From: Epiperipatus broadwayi
Lineage: Eukaryota > Animalia > Onychophora
Direction: 5' to 3'
Length of the DNA stretch: 64,000 nucleotides
NCBI GenBank assembly: GCA_028023455.1
Contig: JAQFVV010000004.1
Span: 1,612,001 to 1,676,000 of the forward strand
The translations under genes were made by a program, and so were the position numbers. This document shows positions 25,571 through 40,788 of the stretch, piece by piece (the first letter of the stretch is position 1; every line of letters begins with the position of its first letter). The notes under the pieces are model-generated. The model worked only from the letters and a program-made list of their open reading frames with translations. It did no database searches and was not told where the DNA came from.

Positions 25571-28500
25571 AAGTGCTGTACAGTGGCTAATTAACAAATA
25601 CCGTATTTGGAAAAAGTATAGTTTGAATTTTTCTCAAAACACTTAACAATTAAACTAGATGATGGAAATAATTCAATATATAATTATAATGCATTTGTAA
25701 TAAGAAAAATGTAGAAAATATTTTTCTCAAAACTCAAGTTTTGATATAAAATATGCAGCAAAATATAAAATATATTTATAAATATTCTCTATATAAATGT
25801 TAAAAAAATGATTGTTATAGAAAATTAAAAATCAAGATTTATGTAATTGTAAAATTAAAAATAATTTTTAAAATATCAATTTAAATTACAGGCTTTATTT
25901 TCATTACACCCAAATCTTTAGATATTAATACTATATTACTAAATATAAATATCAAACTAATAATCTTTAAATATGAAATTATTAAATTTCTTGATTTATA
26001 TTCATTGAATTTTTTAAAGAATAATTTTCTTCTTGTGTACTTGTTTAATTATTTTATTTTTACAAAATAGCCCTAGGATACCAGAAAAATGCAGAGTTCC
26101 TTCAACTCATTTTGACTTAAAGACCTAAATGAGACTGGTACAATGAAAATCTGTCATAATTTTCTGATGTTTTTGACTATTTATTTGTAGAAGCAAAAAG
26201 ATGAATTGGTTTAGGTCATAATTAAAATATATTTGGTTTAATAATGCACGAGTAAAAAAAATAAATAATAATAATTTAGATTTTGTATTTATAGTAATTC
26301 ACCCAGTTACATTAACACCTATAAATTGAATGTACTAAAAATAAAATCTATAATTGGTATTATTTTGTTAAGATATTTAAAACAATAGTGGTGAGACATT
26401 GAGAATGTAATTAAACTGAGACTTGTTCAGGCAAATTTTATGAGATTTTTTGCATTTTTCTAATGTTTTTGTATAAAAGTAAAAAAGTGACTTAGTTTAA
26501 ATAATTAAAATCCATTTAGCTTAATTTTTTTAAATATTTATTACTGAGGTCGATTAATACTAGTAATTCTAGTGATCAATTATTTAATAGTGATTATTCT
26601 TTTTTATTTTTATGAACATATTTTTTAAAACAAAATAATTAAATTTGTTTGAAACAAATATTTGTATGCCATTTCTCCATAAATTTACAAACTATCTATA
26701 TTTCAAACTGGTTGTTTCAAATTGAATTAAATTTCTTACTAGTATCTTTTTTTATGCAGATGGTTTATGCGCTTATGATTATTATCATCTTATAAATGTA
26801 TCTTGAAGTTTTCCAAATACCTTTACAAAATTCTTACTTTATTCATTTGGAAGTTTCTATTAATTATAATAGGATTCATTTTTCCTGCACGATTCTCTCC
26901 AAATATTCGAATGAATTATCTGTCAATATTTTTCCAATCAGATTCACTATCTGCTTGGTATTCTTCAATCTTAATTTGTACGTAGACATTAGGGCATTAA
27001 TCATTGGGCACAACAGGCAACAAGTTACAATATAAGGCTCCATATTAGGTCTTGATATGTTAAGCATTTATCTTAAGCACTACAGAGCAGGAAAGCAACG
27101 AAGTGATGAATGTCTGGTAGCTCTTAGCTAATCACCTTGATACAGTTGTAAGCATAAATTTGGTTTAGCATTGTTGCAATGATAATTTATTAATAAATAC
27201 ATTTCCACACTAGTAACTTGCATCCCTACTTCTACAGACTTAGAATAAGTTTTTTTTCCTATTAACACAGATTTATTATTGGAACAAGTGAAAAAATATT
27301 GCTAATATTCTTTTTACTTGACCAACTATATTCTTTTGACTAAATATTGGAAGACTCCCTGAAGTCTGTAAACTGTCAACAAACCAAAATCTCTTCTTTG
27401 AAATGCCTTTTATAACCTTCCTATGACATCAACCAATTGCTTACCAAAAACATGTTTTCCACAACTCAGAAGCTACGTTGCTAATCTGAGTAGAATGTTT
27501 TTCAAAAACATCTTTAATCTTTTCATCTTGTCTTCCAAATCCTTAATTACTTATGATTTCCATGGACAATAAATTGTTTACCAAGTTGTAGCTTTTAATA
27601 TATATTATTTTTTATAAATTAAAAACTCATAATCTGAAAGGTATTTTTCCTTATGTTACAGCTTGACAAATTGAATTTTTTACAATAAATTTGAACCATA
27701 AATTCTTCGGCAATTACATTTTTCTACTGACCAAATTTATCACTACAAAATAAGATGTATTTATTCATTAAAACTTAATATTCTTGTGCACTATAATGAA
27801 AGTTGGATTTTAGCTAAATAGTCTTGAGAACACATGCTAGAAAATTTATATAGCTTGTAGTAAGCTTATACAAATATTAAATATTAAAATAATTTCAAAT
27901 TTCAGCCTTGACCAATTCTCAAAGTTACTTATACAATTCTCTTTTCAATTTTTCTTACAGAGTCAAAGTGCTTCACATAATTAAATATATCAGGAATAGA
28001 AATTATTCAGCACTATACATTTTTCCCTTATGTATATTTGAGACACATACCATGTAATACATTATAACGCCATACATAAAAATATTTACTTTTCTAACTC
28101 AAAACTGTGAATACTTTTTATGCTATTTTAAATTTATATCAGTATTGTGATTTACAGTTATCACAATATATACACCCATTTTAAATGCATTAAGCTTATA
28201 GTTAATGTTTTCAATATTTTGTCTGAATATGAAATGGTATTTTTAATTTAGTACATTTCAGTGATGGAGTTATAATTTTTTACATTTTAATAAAATATAA
28301 TTTAGATAATAAATATAATCCTATAAAATAATTTCATTACTCGTAATATTTAAATTTTTAACCACAAAAGTTATAAAAAATACTGGAAATGTTATGTACA
28401 GAATATGGAATGTTATAATTTAAGTAAATTTTCTGTCAATTAATAATAATAATAATAATAATAATTTAAAATTAAGGTACCCAATTAAGTTTGATAAATA

Positions 28501-28591
28501 TTTTGTTTTAAATATCATTTATTTATTTTTAAAAAATGCAAAAATCAACTATTAAATTTATCAGTAAGTCAAAATATTATCAATATTTAAA

Positions 28592-28660
28592 GGATCCGTG
28601 GTATAATGATTAGAATACCTGTCTACCATAACCTGAGATTTGAATGCAGATAGCTGAAGA
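28592..28660 (+). mobile_element. Degenerate tRNA-derived SINE head
   Basis: A-box-like TGGTATAATGATTAGA and B-box-like GATTTGAATGC at tRNA-like spacing. No cloverleaf. Confidence 0.3.
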
Positions 28661-31600
28661 TTTCTAATCAAATCTAGAGACTTTTCTAGATAACTATCCC
28701 AGTCAACTACTTTTTTGTAGATTGGAAAATGAATCCATTTTCACAAAAGAATAAAGATGTATATAAATCCAGGTTAGTCAGATAATTGTCTATGTGCTGA
28801 AATAAAACAGAAATATATGGGATAAAAAACAATATTCATTATTGCCAAGAGAAATTATCACATTCTTAAAAACACTGAGTCTTATTTCAATAATGTGTTA
28901 TTGTTAGATAGCAGTTTATTAAAAAAAAAAGACTAGTTACAAATTTAGCTTTACTTAGTCATAAATATAGAAATATTTTTATGGAGAAGCTAATTTCAAA
29001 TGCATATATCATAATAATAATAATAATTCACAAGTTGGCCTTACTATAGTCATTTTAATAAACATACAAAGAAACTTCTTTCTCATACCAATGTTAATTT
29101 ATAAGACAAAAAATTGACCTTTTTTTTTTTATCTAAATAATAAATTAACATTGATATGAGAGAGCATTATTTGCATGTTTATTAAAATGATTCTAGTAAG
29201 TCTGATTTGTGAATTGTTATTATGATATATGCATTCAGAATTATCTTTTCCAATTCCACATTCTCAATTCTACATATCCAATGTTGTTTATTTATAATAG
29301 TAGTAAAATTAATAAAGTATAGTATTTTTTATTTTTTTAAAATTATTCTTTTTATTATTAATGCAGTGGAGCTCTTGTGTTTCAATGTTATTTTGTTCAA
29401 AGTTGATAATTAACTAACATCTAAAAAAAAATCTTAACTTCATTTTACGATAAATAGACTTCTCTTTAGAGTTCTATATCATATACTCATAAGTGTAAAA
29501 ACTAGTTATGTAATTATGATTTTATTATGTTAAAGTAATAATGTATAAATTAAAATTTTTAAAAGTATGCAATTATATACAATTTTTCTATTATAAAGCC
29601 ATTAAAAATGTTATAAAATAAGTACAAAACACAACAAACAAAAATTTTGAATTATATAAAAAATTTTCTTTGCAATGAAAAAAAAATTGTATCAAAAATA
29701 TCTTTTACAACTTTGCGATTACAAATGAAAAAGAAATGTATTAGAAATTTATTATATATTGTATTATTTTTGAAATAGTATAAAAACTTTTATTATTATT
29801 TTAAAATCATTTTTCTAATTTCAAAATATATATCTATATTCCATTTACTATTTAGAATATCTTTAGTACAATAGTAAAATGACAGACTTTAATAAAGAGT
29901 AAGAAGTCCATAAATTACAATTGACTCTGCCATTACCTATGGTCAAACATTGTATGCTCTCCTGATTGCAGGCCATTACTTTATTAATCAGGATCTATAA
30001 AGCTTATTATATATATAACAAACTTCTATTGCTTTATGAGAACATCATTCTCTAATATGAGATTTGTAACAATGATAATTGCTATATATTTTAATGTTTC
30101 TTTCCAACAATTAATTACTTAATTATAATTTTGACTTGGCTACCTGATAGTATATAAAAATATAATTAAAATAATTGTTTTGAATTTTTAATTTAATTCA
30201 TATCAAAAAAAAGTTTTTAATAGAAAAAAATGTTTTTATTTAACAAATGGTTATAGGAACATAATTTTAATATTTTCGAATCATATTTTCGATTGTTATA
30301 TCAGAAAAAAGACAAAGGTAAAAAAATATGGCAAGAAAAGACCAAGCATAAGATGAAAAGAATAAGTTTGTAGAATATAAAGTAATAATAATTTTATATT
30401 TAATTGAAATAGTAAAAATATCATCGATTAAATGAATTTTATATTTTATTCACATTTAAAAAACTCTTTATAAATGACTATTTTCTATTCTGATTTTTTA
30501 TTTTACAGCATTTAAATTATTTCATACATATTCTTAAAAAAAGTTGTAATATCTTTTGCTCAGTTGGTTAGAGGGATACCTTAAAATTCGATATTCGAGA
30601 ACAAAAAGTGGTTAAGTTAGACTCTTGTGCTAAATTGCTACTGGATAGGGCAGCAATGACTTGAAGAAGAGTGGAAAATACTACTACTAGAAATGTTGTG
30701 TAATTAGTAACCTGTGTTGTCTGTGGGTTATTACTAACAAGTTGTTTGAATTTGAAATGTTTAAAATTTTCTATACATTCAAATTTAATGATAGATGATG
30801 GAAATAAAAGATACAGTATGATTAATTTTCTTTCTAAAATATATATATATCATCATTCCTGGTGAGATTTGAACTAAAAATAAATGAGACAAAAGAAATA
30901 ATATGAAAAAAATACATTAATCTTAATTTATGTTCATCAAAAGATATACATTTTTATGATATAAAAATAAATTCTGTAATCAAACTGTAATTAATAAATG
31001 CACATATATCAATATGTTAAACAGAGTAATTGTCTTTTAATATTTTAAAAGATAATTACTCTATTTAAGACATTGATTTATATGAATTTTATTATTTTTT
31101 ATCATACATATATAATGTACTAAATATAATACCTACTTTAATACACTTTTTTCTGGAAAGAAATACCTTTATAAGATTAAATAAAAAAGGAGTTCAGATG
31201 CATTATAATCAAATTATTAATCAAATATTATTACTGAAAATTAACTGATGTTATTATTTCAAAAAATATTAATTCCCAATTCATGTTTCAAAACTGTACT
31301 AAATATATGTAAACACATGAAATATTAATACTAAAAGGTGATTAGAAAGTAGCAGATATCTGATTAGAACACCATGCTCATTTTAAAATAGTATGCAAAA
31401 ACATGATTAAAAATAATTTTGATATTAATTAAAAAAGATTATCAAAATCATGAGGCAATCCTTAAAATGTAAAAGTCAAAAAAGTAAACATAAATAAAAA
31501 TGTGCAAAGAGTCTGCATAAGTTATTATTTATTTTGAAAATAATACTTTTATATCAATTATAATTGTTTTTGCACTCTACATTACTTCCCTTATTATGTA

Positions 31601-32799
31601 TATTTCTATATATATAATAATCCACACTATACATGTGAAAATTGAATTTATGGATATAATAGTTAAATGACATTAGATACTTAGATAATAAAAATACTTT
31701 AATTTAATAATTTTCTATTATTTTCTACTTATCAACTTAAATTTCAATACAAAAAATCAAATATGAAAATTATTTTTCTTCTACTTGTATGAGAATTAAA
31801 AAAAGTTAAGTAGTAAATTTATTGATACCCCCCCCCCCCCAATATGTTTATCTTCAGCTTTAGATTATATGTCTGATTATAATTCTTCTTATATACTCTG
31901 AAAACAATTTGTTCATAAATTATTTGCAGTTCTTTATATATTTTTTTAAAAGAATTTTTATCTATAACTGTCTTTTATTCATTATATAAATTAGATAAGT
32001 ATTTTGTTAATATTAATAATTATTAATCATAATAATTGTGTAATTAAAAAATATGACTATTAAAAGAAGTTATCTACTACTTTAAGTATTCTTTGGATCT
32101 CTTCAAATGTTTTTTGCTGTAGTTACATTTTAAAATTCTATATAATAATATTTGTTTCCATTATAGAATTTTTGCAGCTTCTAATTGATGATGCAACATG
32201 TCTGCTGGTTCATTCTGCTTTATTTGTGAATACAATACACTCAACAAATTACAAAATAATTACAGGCAGGACATTTATCATTATTTACCAAATTATTTTG
32301 GAAATCATAATAAATTGCTGATGTCTTTTTATAAAACATTACAGATTAACATTGAAAGTTTGGCTCTTCATACAAAAAAATTAATATCATTTGTTATTTC
32401 TTATAATTAGTGAAAACTAATTAGTCACCAAAAGGCTGAAATACTATTATCTGTTATATTGTTCAAAATTGTAAAAAGATTCCTGTCCCATAACCCCCCA
32501 CCCCCAATGATTTTTTCAGTGATTAAATATAATTCCCAAATCAACAAGAATTGGATTATTTTATTTATAATTAACAAAATCTAGAGTAAGATGTTTAAAA
32601 GAATTTGTTAGATTGTAGCTGAAAAATATCAATCCAAAAAAAAAAAAAAGACACATAATATTTATATAATATTATGTCCTTTTTGACAATATCAAGATTG
32701 AGAACAAATCTTAGAAATGGAAATTGTTCATTAATACTTCTATCACAAGGCTAAAAACAATATTACTTCAAAATACTCTTCTATTTAAAATCAATATTT

Positions 32800-33300
32800 A
32801 ATGTATATAAAAGATTATACTAATCTAATACAGATATTAAGATCAAAAATGATTATGAACTGATTTTAAAAAATATATATATATTTAAAGTCTACAACTT
32901 GATTTTACAAAATATCCGGGTTTTATTTGTTTAGGAATAATGAACATTTTATCGATTTATAAAAGACTGTCCAGATTTAAACTACAATCTAATGGATAAA
33001 ATATTATTAGTAGGGCTTATGTTCAAAAGAAAAAAAAATCTTGCTACCATCTCTTTCAATTTTATGTTGAGTTTTTGATCATAATAGTAAATATTAAACC
33101 ATTTGATGTTGACCAATCTATCTGATACAGAAATTGAATCTGTTAAATCTATAAATTGATTTAGATTGAAAGTAAAATGAGAGATATTCAAAAGGAAGCT
33201 TAGTTAAGCACTTGGTAGACAAGTTAATAGATTGATATTATAGAAGTTGCTCCATCTGCATTCATTTTTCAAAGGCAATTTAAATCATATTAATAAAGAG
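32800..33300 (-). mobile_element. Decayed Penelope-like RT fragment
   Basis: Minus strand, in order: a degenerate SLFTNVP-like segment (~33220), FTFNLNQF (ORF 32982-33191), and *IDKMFII (~32945-32965; cf. RYIDDIF.I). Confidence 0.5.
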
Positions 33301-34123
33301 AATAATATGCAATACTATGAAGACATTCATTATATGAAAAAATGATATCAAAGATTATTGAATAATTGAATGATGGGAAATTATACCTGAAATTTGTTTT
33401 GCAGTGATGATAGTGAATACAAGTGATCAAAACAAAGAACTTACATATCACTTTGATTAATAAATTTCATGTTCATGTTTGTATGAGATAATTAATTCAC
33501 AATTTTTTTTGTATGATGATTTTAAAAAATTTTGATGGAAAACTTGTTAAATTTGGACTACATTTTCTTTCAGTGTATGAACAAATAAATTTAAGAATAG
33601 CTTTCAATTTGTTTAAAATAATAACTTAGCATATTAGATGACAAATCAAAAATATTTTTAAAAATTATTAATTTAATTCTTATCACTGAGTCTATTTTAG
33701 GAAACTGCTGAAGACTTACTATGTAGTTACTATTTTATAAAATAATATTCTTGCAGAAAGAAAATGGAATACTTTTCCCATGTTTTTCAAACCTAACTTT
33801 AAGAATTATTGTAATTGTTGATGCATAATTTCAGGTTCACTCACCATTTTCTATAAATGCAAGAAACTGCAGTTCTTATAACTGAATTAATGATAAACTT
33901 AATTTTTCACAAATCCCAATTGCAAAGCTTCAAACTAATTAGTATATTTACTGTTTTAATTATTACAATATATTTGAAATTAATATATAAATATATTGTT
34001 TTCAAATATAGCCTCCAAAAAAAAAACACTTTGAGAGTTTGTGTACTAGAATGTAAATATCTAATTATTAAACTTCATTAGAGATGAGAATTAAGTATAG
34101 TTGAAACATTTTATTCTCTAAAT

Positions 34124-35800
34124 CAGAGTTTCCTAAACTTATTTGGCCTACTGCCCCCTTTTCAGAAAAAAAGAAAAATGCAATAACAAATTTGCATTCT
34201 TTTATATATCTATATTTCTATCTACATCCTAGAACATAGTAAGAGAAAATGTTATACAAAACTTTGAAGTTTGAAATTATAAAATTATTTTTTAAAATCA
34301 ACTATAAATAAATCAATTATTTTATATAGCGCGATGTTTATAAACTGTAATATTTAACAGCGCATGTGCAACAGTTTAATGCTGTTTAAATATTAAAATC
34401 AACTATAGTAACATTCACTTACACATAGAAAATTAAGATAACAAAAAATATTAAAATTAAAAGCAATAATAAATAATTTTAATGATAATGATGAAACTAG
34501 TGGGCTCCCATTAATTTTTTAATATTTGGCTCTATTTTTGTCACCAGTATTCTTAGCTATTTGCAGTTAAGTTTCTTGTTAGTTAACAGATTTGTGATTG
34601 CACTTATCCTAAAAACATTCCATTGAATAAGATGGATGTGCAATTAAAATTTTTATACTATAATTCATAATTCAAGATAAAGCTTTGCAGCCAGAATTAT
34701 TGGTAGCTGTCTTTGAATTTAAATTCCTCATTTGTTATATCTATCAGTTCTTGTAATTTTGGAGATTCTTCTCTATTTGAATTTGAAAAAAAAAATTCAA
34801 ACCTATGTACATTTTAAAAATAATTTAAAATTTTTGATTGAAGTCAGAATGGAGAGTCTTTAAATGCTGACAATAGATGTCTTCATGTTTTTGTAGTATT
34901 GATACATTTGTAAATTGGCTAAATTCTCCTCATCCTAAACAGTTTTTGTTTGATTGAATGCAGCAATCAAGTATTAGCCTTATTTTTTATGAATTCCAGC
35001 ACCGAGTCAAAAAAGTTACAAGATTGATCCAAACAGGCATATTTTGATCACTACTTCTGTAAGAAGCAATAAGTGATCAAATTCTTCATCCTTTTCAAAC
35101 CAAAGATTTTGTTGATTGCTTTAATGGCTCATATTTTTACAACTAAATGTTGATAATGAATGACACAATATACAATGAATATATTTGGAACTTTTTTAAA
35201 AATATATATATATAAGAAAATTGGTACTACCACTATTGAAACAATATCAGTAGCAAGTGGTAAGATATTACTCAGTGGGATTTTTTTTCCTTTAAAAAAA
35301 AAAACTTTTTCAATGGATGATATATTGATTAATCTTTAATGTCAGTTTGCAAATTTTTAGCAAGTAATAATTCTTAGCATTTTCTTTTTTTTTTATTTAT
35401 GAATTACAAGTATGCTAAAAACAGGGATTCATTTCCTGGCAAAACTGATTTATCAAACTGTATAGAAAATTGCTGTTTTTAAATACTTATATAATTAATC
35501 TTCAATATCTTAGGCCATTATATCAATTCTTCTTTGCTCAAAGAAATTACTTGTGTAACATAATGCATATTACTTCATAAGTGGTGAAATTAGTTTTTAA
35601 CCAATAATATGCAGTTTTTCTGATTTAGCAAATAGTCACAAAATGCAATAAGCACACAACCCCCATTCTATTTTTCGGATGCTATTGAAAAGAGATTTGC
35701 CAATGTCAGTTGCTCATTTTCCCTTTAAATGGTTGAAAATAAGATAAAATTTCATCTTTCTTAGGATGAATTTTTCACAAACCAGGTACATTAGTAATAT
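34124..35800 (-). mobile_element. Decayed hAT (Charlie/Buster-like) transposase with one terminal repeat
   Basis: DEEFDHLLLLTEV (~35050-35090; cf. LLHTEVRWLS) and LRILVTKIEPNIKKLMGAH (34500-34558; hAT C-terminus). Terminal CAGAGTTTCCTAAACT at 34124. Confidence 0.8.
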
Positions 35801-38003
35801 GAATAAAGCTATAGTTCAAATATTCAATACTATACTGTCTACATTTCCCCTTATATTTACCCATGATATCTTAAATACATATATATTTATTTATTATGTA
35901 GTGTATAAAATTATCAAGAGATAAAACAATTTATATAACTGAAAAAGAGCAATTTATCTCACTGGAACTAATTTTTTTTGCATTAGTTGTGTTATTAGAA
36001 TCCTAGCCATAACATCAGATATATAGTGGCATAAAACAAACAAAGTAAAATATTAATGAAATTAATAAACTGGAGTTTGCTCTTCGCTCAGCATTAGTTA
36101 CATGTATTTGACAATAAAGGTCAAATATCAAACTAAATTTATCAAGAAATAATTTAATTAAAATAACTTCCTTATTAACACACATCTTATTTACAAATTA
36201 ACATAGATGATTCAATAGATATAAATAAATGCTAATAATTATATTTTTTTTTATAATTTCATTCCCTTGTTTTCATTAATAATATAATAAAAAATATGAA
36301 CTGATTTTACACTTCAAATAATTCTGTAGAACACAAGCCTGCTGTGATTTTATTACTAGTAAGTAATAGAAGACAGAAATAAATGATATATAAATATGTG
36401 AAAATGACTGTTTTACTGAAACAACAATACAATTTGCTTTGTATATGATCCATAATCCATAACAACTGAAGGTATCAAACATAAATTAAAATTTTTAAAT
36501 ACTTATTGTACTTGCACTATAATTAATTACTTGTCCCACACTTCAGAAAAGATCTAAATAAAATTTCATAAATAAAGCCTATTTATATTATTGTATTGTA
36601 AAAAGTCATTACACACACACACACAATTTTATTAATGCATGCTGTAGTTGCCAACAATATATGAGATGCTTGCCTGCCCATACTTGCCATGTTAAGACTT
36701 ATCGGTGAACTTGACCATGATCAGTTATAACTTGTATTTCATATGTTCATTTGGAAAACAAAATAATCACTATGATTTTAACTCTGGTTTTCTAAAAAAA
36801 AATTTCTTCACGTTTCTACACCCACTTATTTTTATTCAACAGCCATCAGTTGCACTTGAGGCTATTACTCCAAAATTGTTCTAACATCCTCTGAGGCAAT
36901 ATAACCTACTTTGAGAAGCACTTTCTCTAGTTTATTCTTTTTGTTTTATTAGATTTTAATTTTACTAGCAGAAATAATTTTCTGAAATATCTAAAAATAA
37001 ATAAAATTTTATTTTTATGCAATGTTTAGTATTTATTTTATAAATAATAATGTATACTAAGTGCATATCACTTTATGCTGCTATATAATTATTACAAACA
37101 TAATTAGTTGCCAACCTGCATTAAAAAAACATTGATGTCACAAAATAAATTGCTTTAAATCAAATTATTTTAATGAATAAAATATTTATAAATATACATT
37201 TATAAAAATAAAAAAATAATGTAAACAGAAAAAATGATTTTAAAAAATTCAATTTTTTTTGTGTGATTTCATCTTTTTTTAAAAAAAAAAAATCCAGGAG
37301 AGTACTAAAAAAGTGCAAAGTTGAATGATCTCTAGAAAATGGCTTTTGGCAATAGTTTTCAACAGTATTAAAATTATTTTGTTCAAATTAATGGATTACT
37401 TTGTTTAAGTATCCCACAAAAAATCAAAAAAGAAAAAATAATTTTATGACTGTCTTATTTTTGAAATTATGGTCTCAAAATATCACAATTGCAAAATATA
37501 AATATTTCAAATAGAGGGCCAGAAAGCTTAAATATAGTACTATGCGTGTACATGCACCTGCACAATTAGTTTATTTGAAACTTTCACTAAGCTGTTTTTG
37601 AGTTATAACACAAATAATAATATCATTCAAAATATATCAGTAAAACACTTAAAATTGCATAAATATAATTTTAAATTAATTACATATTTAAGTTAAAAAA
37701 TATATGCTAAATTATTACTCAAGTCAATTAATCAATAAAGCTATAACTACGATTATACATTTTTTTTAAACATATTTGTGTGTTTTATATATTATGAGAA
37801 TTTAGCAAAGTACAGCTGGACAAAGATCAATTGATTAGAAAATTGTGTAGTTCAAGATCTGCTTTCACTACTGCTGTCTTTATATAATGATGCGATTCTT
37901 AATTTATTTATTGTACAGATTATTGATAATTTTATCAAGTGCTCCAATATTCCTATCTTTATATTGCTGATAGTAGTTTTCTTGAAATTCTTAAGAATTT
38001 TTA

Positions 38004-38878
38004 TGGTACTTGTGAGTTTTCGAGTAAACCAAGATGGCAGCATGTATTTTTGATAAATATACCGTTTCGAGGTCTATAATCTAGTGAAGATGTGTTAGTT
38101 GTAAAATAATAAAAAAATTGATTGTTAAATTTAAAAAAAAAGTACTAAATTCCCATACATTTCATTTAGAAGTTTTATTTTAATTTTTTTTTTTTTTTAG
38201 CTATATTAGAATGTGGAAGCAACAAGATGCTCTAAACATTATTGTATTTTGTGTCAATTCAGCATTTTTTCTTGTCAGCATTTTTTTTGGTACATTGTCA
38301 TCGTGATCAAAATTTCCGGTCACAGAACATGATGCCATGGAGTATTTACAAAAGTACGGCATCCTGCCCTTTCAAAGTGTGTGTTGATGGTCACAATATA
38401 AAACTTTACATTCAAAACTCACAAGTATCCACATTTGAACAAGAATTGAAAAAAAAAAAAAAAGAATTACAATGTAAATGAATTATGTAGCGAGACAGCG
38501 GGAAAATAATCCAAGAAAAGCTTCACAATGACATATCATTCTGAATTGTAAGTTAATTTCAGAAAATTTAATCTTTTAAAAATAAAGTTAACAACTGGAA
38601 TAAAAATTAAGAATTTGACTCAAAAATGCTATATGATTTTGGAGGCCATTAGGGACTGCAAACCGCTGACATAAATAAAGTGTAAATATTGTATTTATAT
38701 TAATATATTTTTAATTGTTTCCACAAAGATTTCTTTTTTAAAAATAACAGTAATAATAAAAATAAAATGTAAATATGTTTCCTAGCAGCCACTTTTTACA
38801 AACCCCCTCTCCCCAAATTGTAGATTTATCAAAAATATGGGCTGCCATCTTGGTTTACCTGAAAACTAACAAATACCA
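38004..38878 (+). mobile_element. Non-autonomous Merlin-like element, copy A
   Basis: TIR GGTACTTGTGAGTTTTCGAGTAAACCAAGATGGCAGC..TTTTTGATAAAT / ATTTATCAAAAA..GCTGCCATCTTGGTTTACCTGAAAACTAACAAATACC. Imperfect 8-bp TSD AATTTTTA/AATTTAAA. Internal remnant KFPVTEHDAMEYLQKYGILPFQSVCVDGHNIKLY. Confidence 0.75.
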
Positions 38879-40682
38879 AATTTAAAACAGGCAAACTCTC
38901 TATATGTATTGAAATGGTGATCATGTGATGTTTATTGGCTTAAATACCAAATTTATTGTATGAGGTAGATATGTTAATACAATAATTTAATTACACCTAT
39001 GATTTTTCTAAAAAGGTTATGCAACTATTGTAATAAAGTAGTAAGACAACAGTTTCATTTCAATCTTCAACACAAAGACGTTATAAGAATAGCCAGCAAG
39101 CAACTATTTCAACTATATCCATTGCAATTAATAATAATAACACATTTCAAAGTGATATAGATATACTTTAATATGTAATTTTTTTTTAATATGATAAAAT
39201 TATCTTAATAGATATAATTACACATTTATTATAAAAAAATTACAATTTTATTTATTTTAATTTAAATGAATAGCAACGAACTTTCAATACGAAAATAAGC
39301 TTCACTAAACATAATAAATAAATAAAATGGTATTCTAATATACTTGCTGACACAGATTCTTCTTACTTTTGATAAATCACAGTTGTTTTCATGAGAAAAG
39401 ATGAAAAATTAATTTTCACACAAATATTACAGAAAAGATTCAGAACATAAAATTACAATGTTATTTGATATCTCAAACAAAATTATGCAATAAATTAATT
39501 TTCTAGTCTGATATTCAAGAATTTTCCATAAATTTGTGTATTTTCTCTTTAAACTAATTTTCTCATAAACATTTTTTTTCATCAAATCATGAGATTAACA
39601 ACAAAAAATGTTTGATAATAATTACTCAATGCAGGAATTACAAATATTATATTTTTTAATACCTCAAAATTTAGCCACAATACTTTTATTTTTGAGTGAT
39701 TATAAAATTGTATTGCAAACTAAATTCTACTGATATTTAATTCTCTATTATATCCATACAATATCCTTTATCTGGAATTATTACTATAAAAATGTATATA
39801 CAAGTATTACTTGTGAATATTCAAGGATACAATTCTGATCTCAAAGATTATAGTATTTTTCTTGTCTTATACTCCTTTCAAATCCAGTAAATCGCAAGTA
39901 AGATTATAAAACAGTTTTCCATAACATTTCTTTCTGTACACACATTTCGGTATTATAGTGAAAAATTTTTAATTTGTTTAAATATCAAAATTTCACTGGT
40001 ATTAGATTAATTCCTCTTGATTTACTATATCAATGTTAGGATGGCAGACTATGGTATTATGTCTAATTTATTATATAAAATACAATAGTTAATCGTCAGC
40101 CATTATTTGGTAACTTTTTCAATAAAAAAAAAATACTATATTTTACATACATATATATTACAAAAACAAAAATTTGTCATTAATTTATATAGTATTCATT
40201 TTTAAAAATGACTTAAAATTTATTAAATAATATTGAAAGGTTAATTATTAACAATCTATGTGATCATCCTAGAATTAATTTAAGTTATGATTACAATCTA
40301 GTAATTGAATAATTAATTTGAAAAGGGAAAGCAAAAAAATAGACACTTGTAATTAACAGAAAAGTTAGGAAATATAATATGAATGATTGAAAGAAGAATT
40401 TTAAGAAATATGTAGAGGAATTATGAAGAAAGATTTGTTCAAATTAATTTATTATGAATATAAGATGACATAATGATTTTTGTTAGATTGGTGAAAATCA
40501 ATGGTAAACTATCATTGACAATGAAAAGTAAGGGATTTTTTTATAGCTCAGATTACATTATTCTTGGTCAAGAGGCTCTTTGAAGTAATTAAATCTGATT
40601 TCAGCAGATCTCATAACATATATAACTGACATGATAAAATGATTTAATGGAGGAGGGCGGGGAAGACACAAATTATACAATT

Positions 40683-40788
40683 TTTTTTTTTTAAGTGTCA
40701 TAGCATTGGCTGGGACGCGAACCCGCAACCCGGGCAACTGCCTGCAAGTGCAAGGCAGTCGCGCTGACCTCTTGACCACCAATGCAAG
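40683..40788 (-). mobile_element. Full-length tRNA-Gly-derived mini-SINE with poly(A) tail and 15-bp TSD
   Basis: tRNA-like body 40703-40785 with perfect acceptor stem GCATTGG/CCAATGC, then TATGACACTT and an A tail. TSD ACAAATTATACAATT at 40668-40682 and 40789-40803. Confidence 0.88.
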
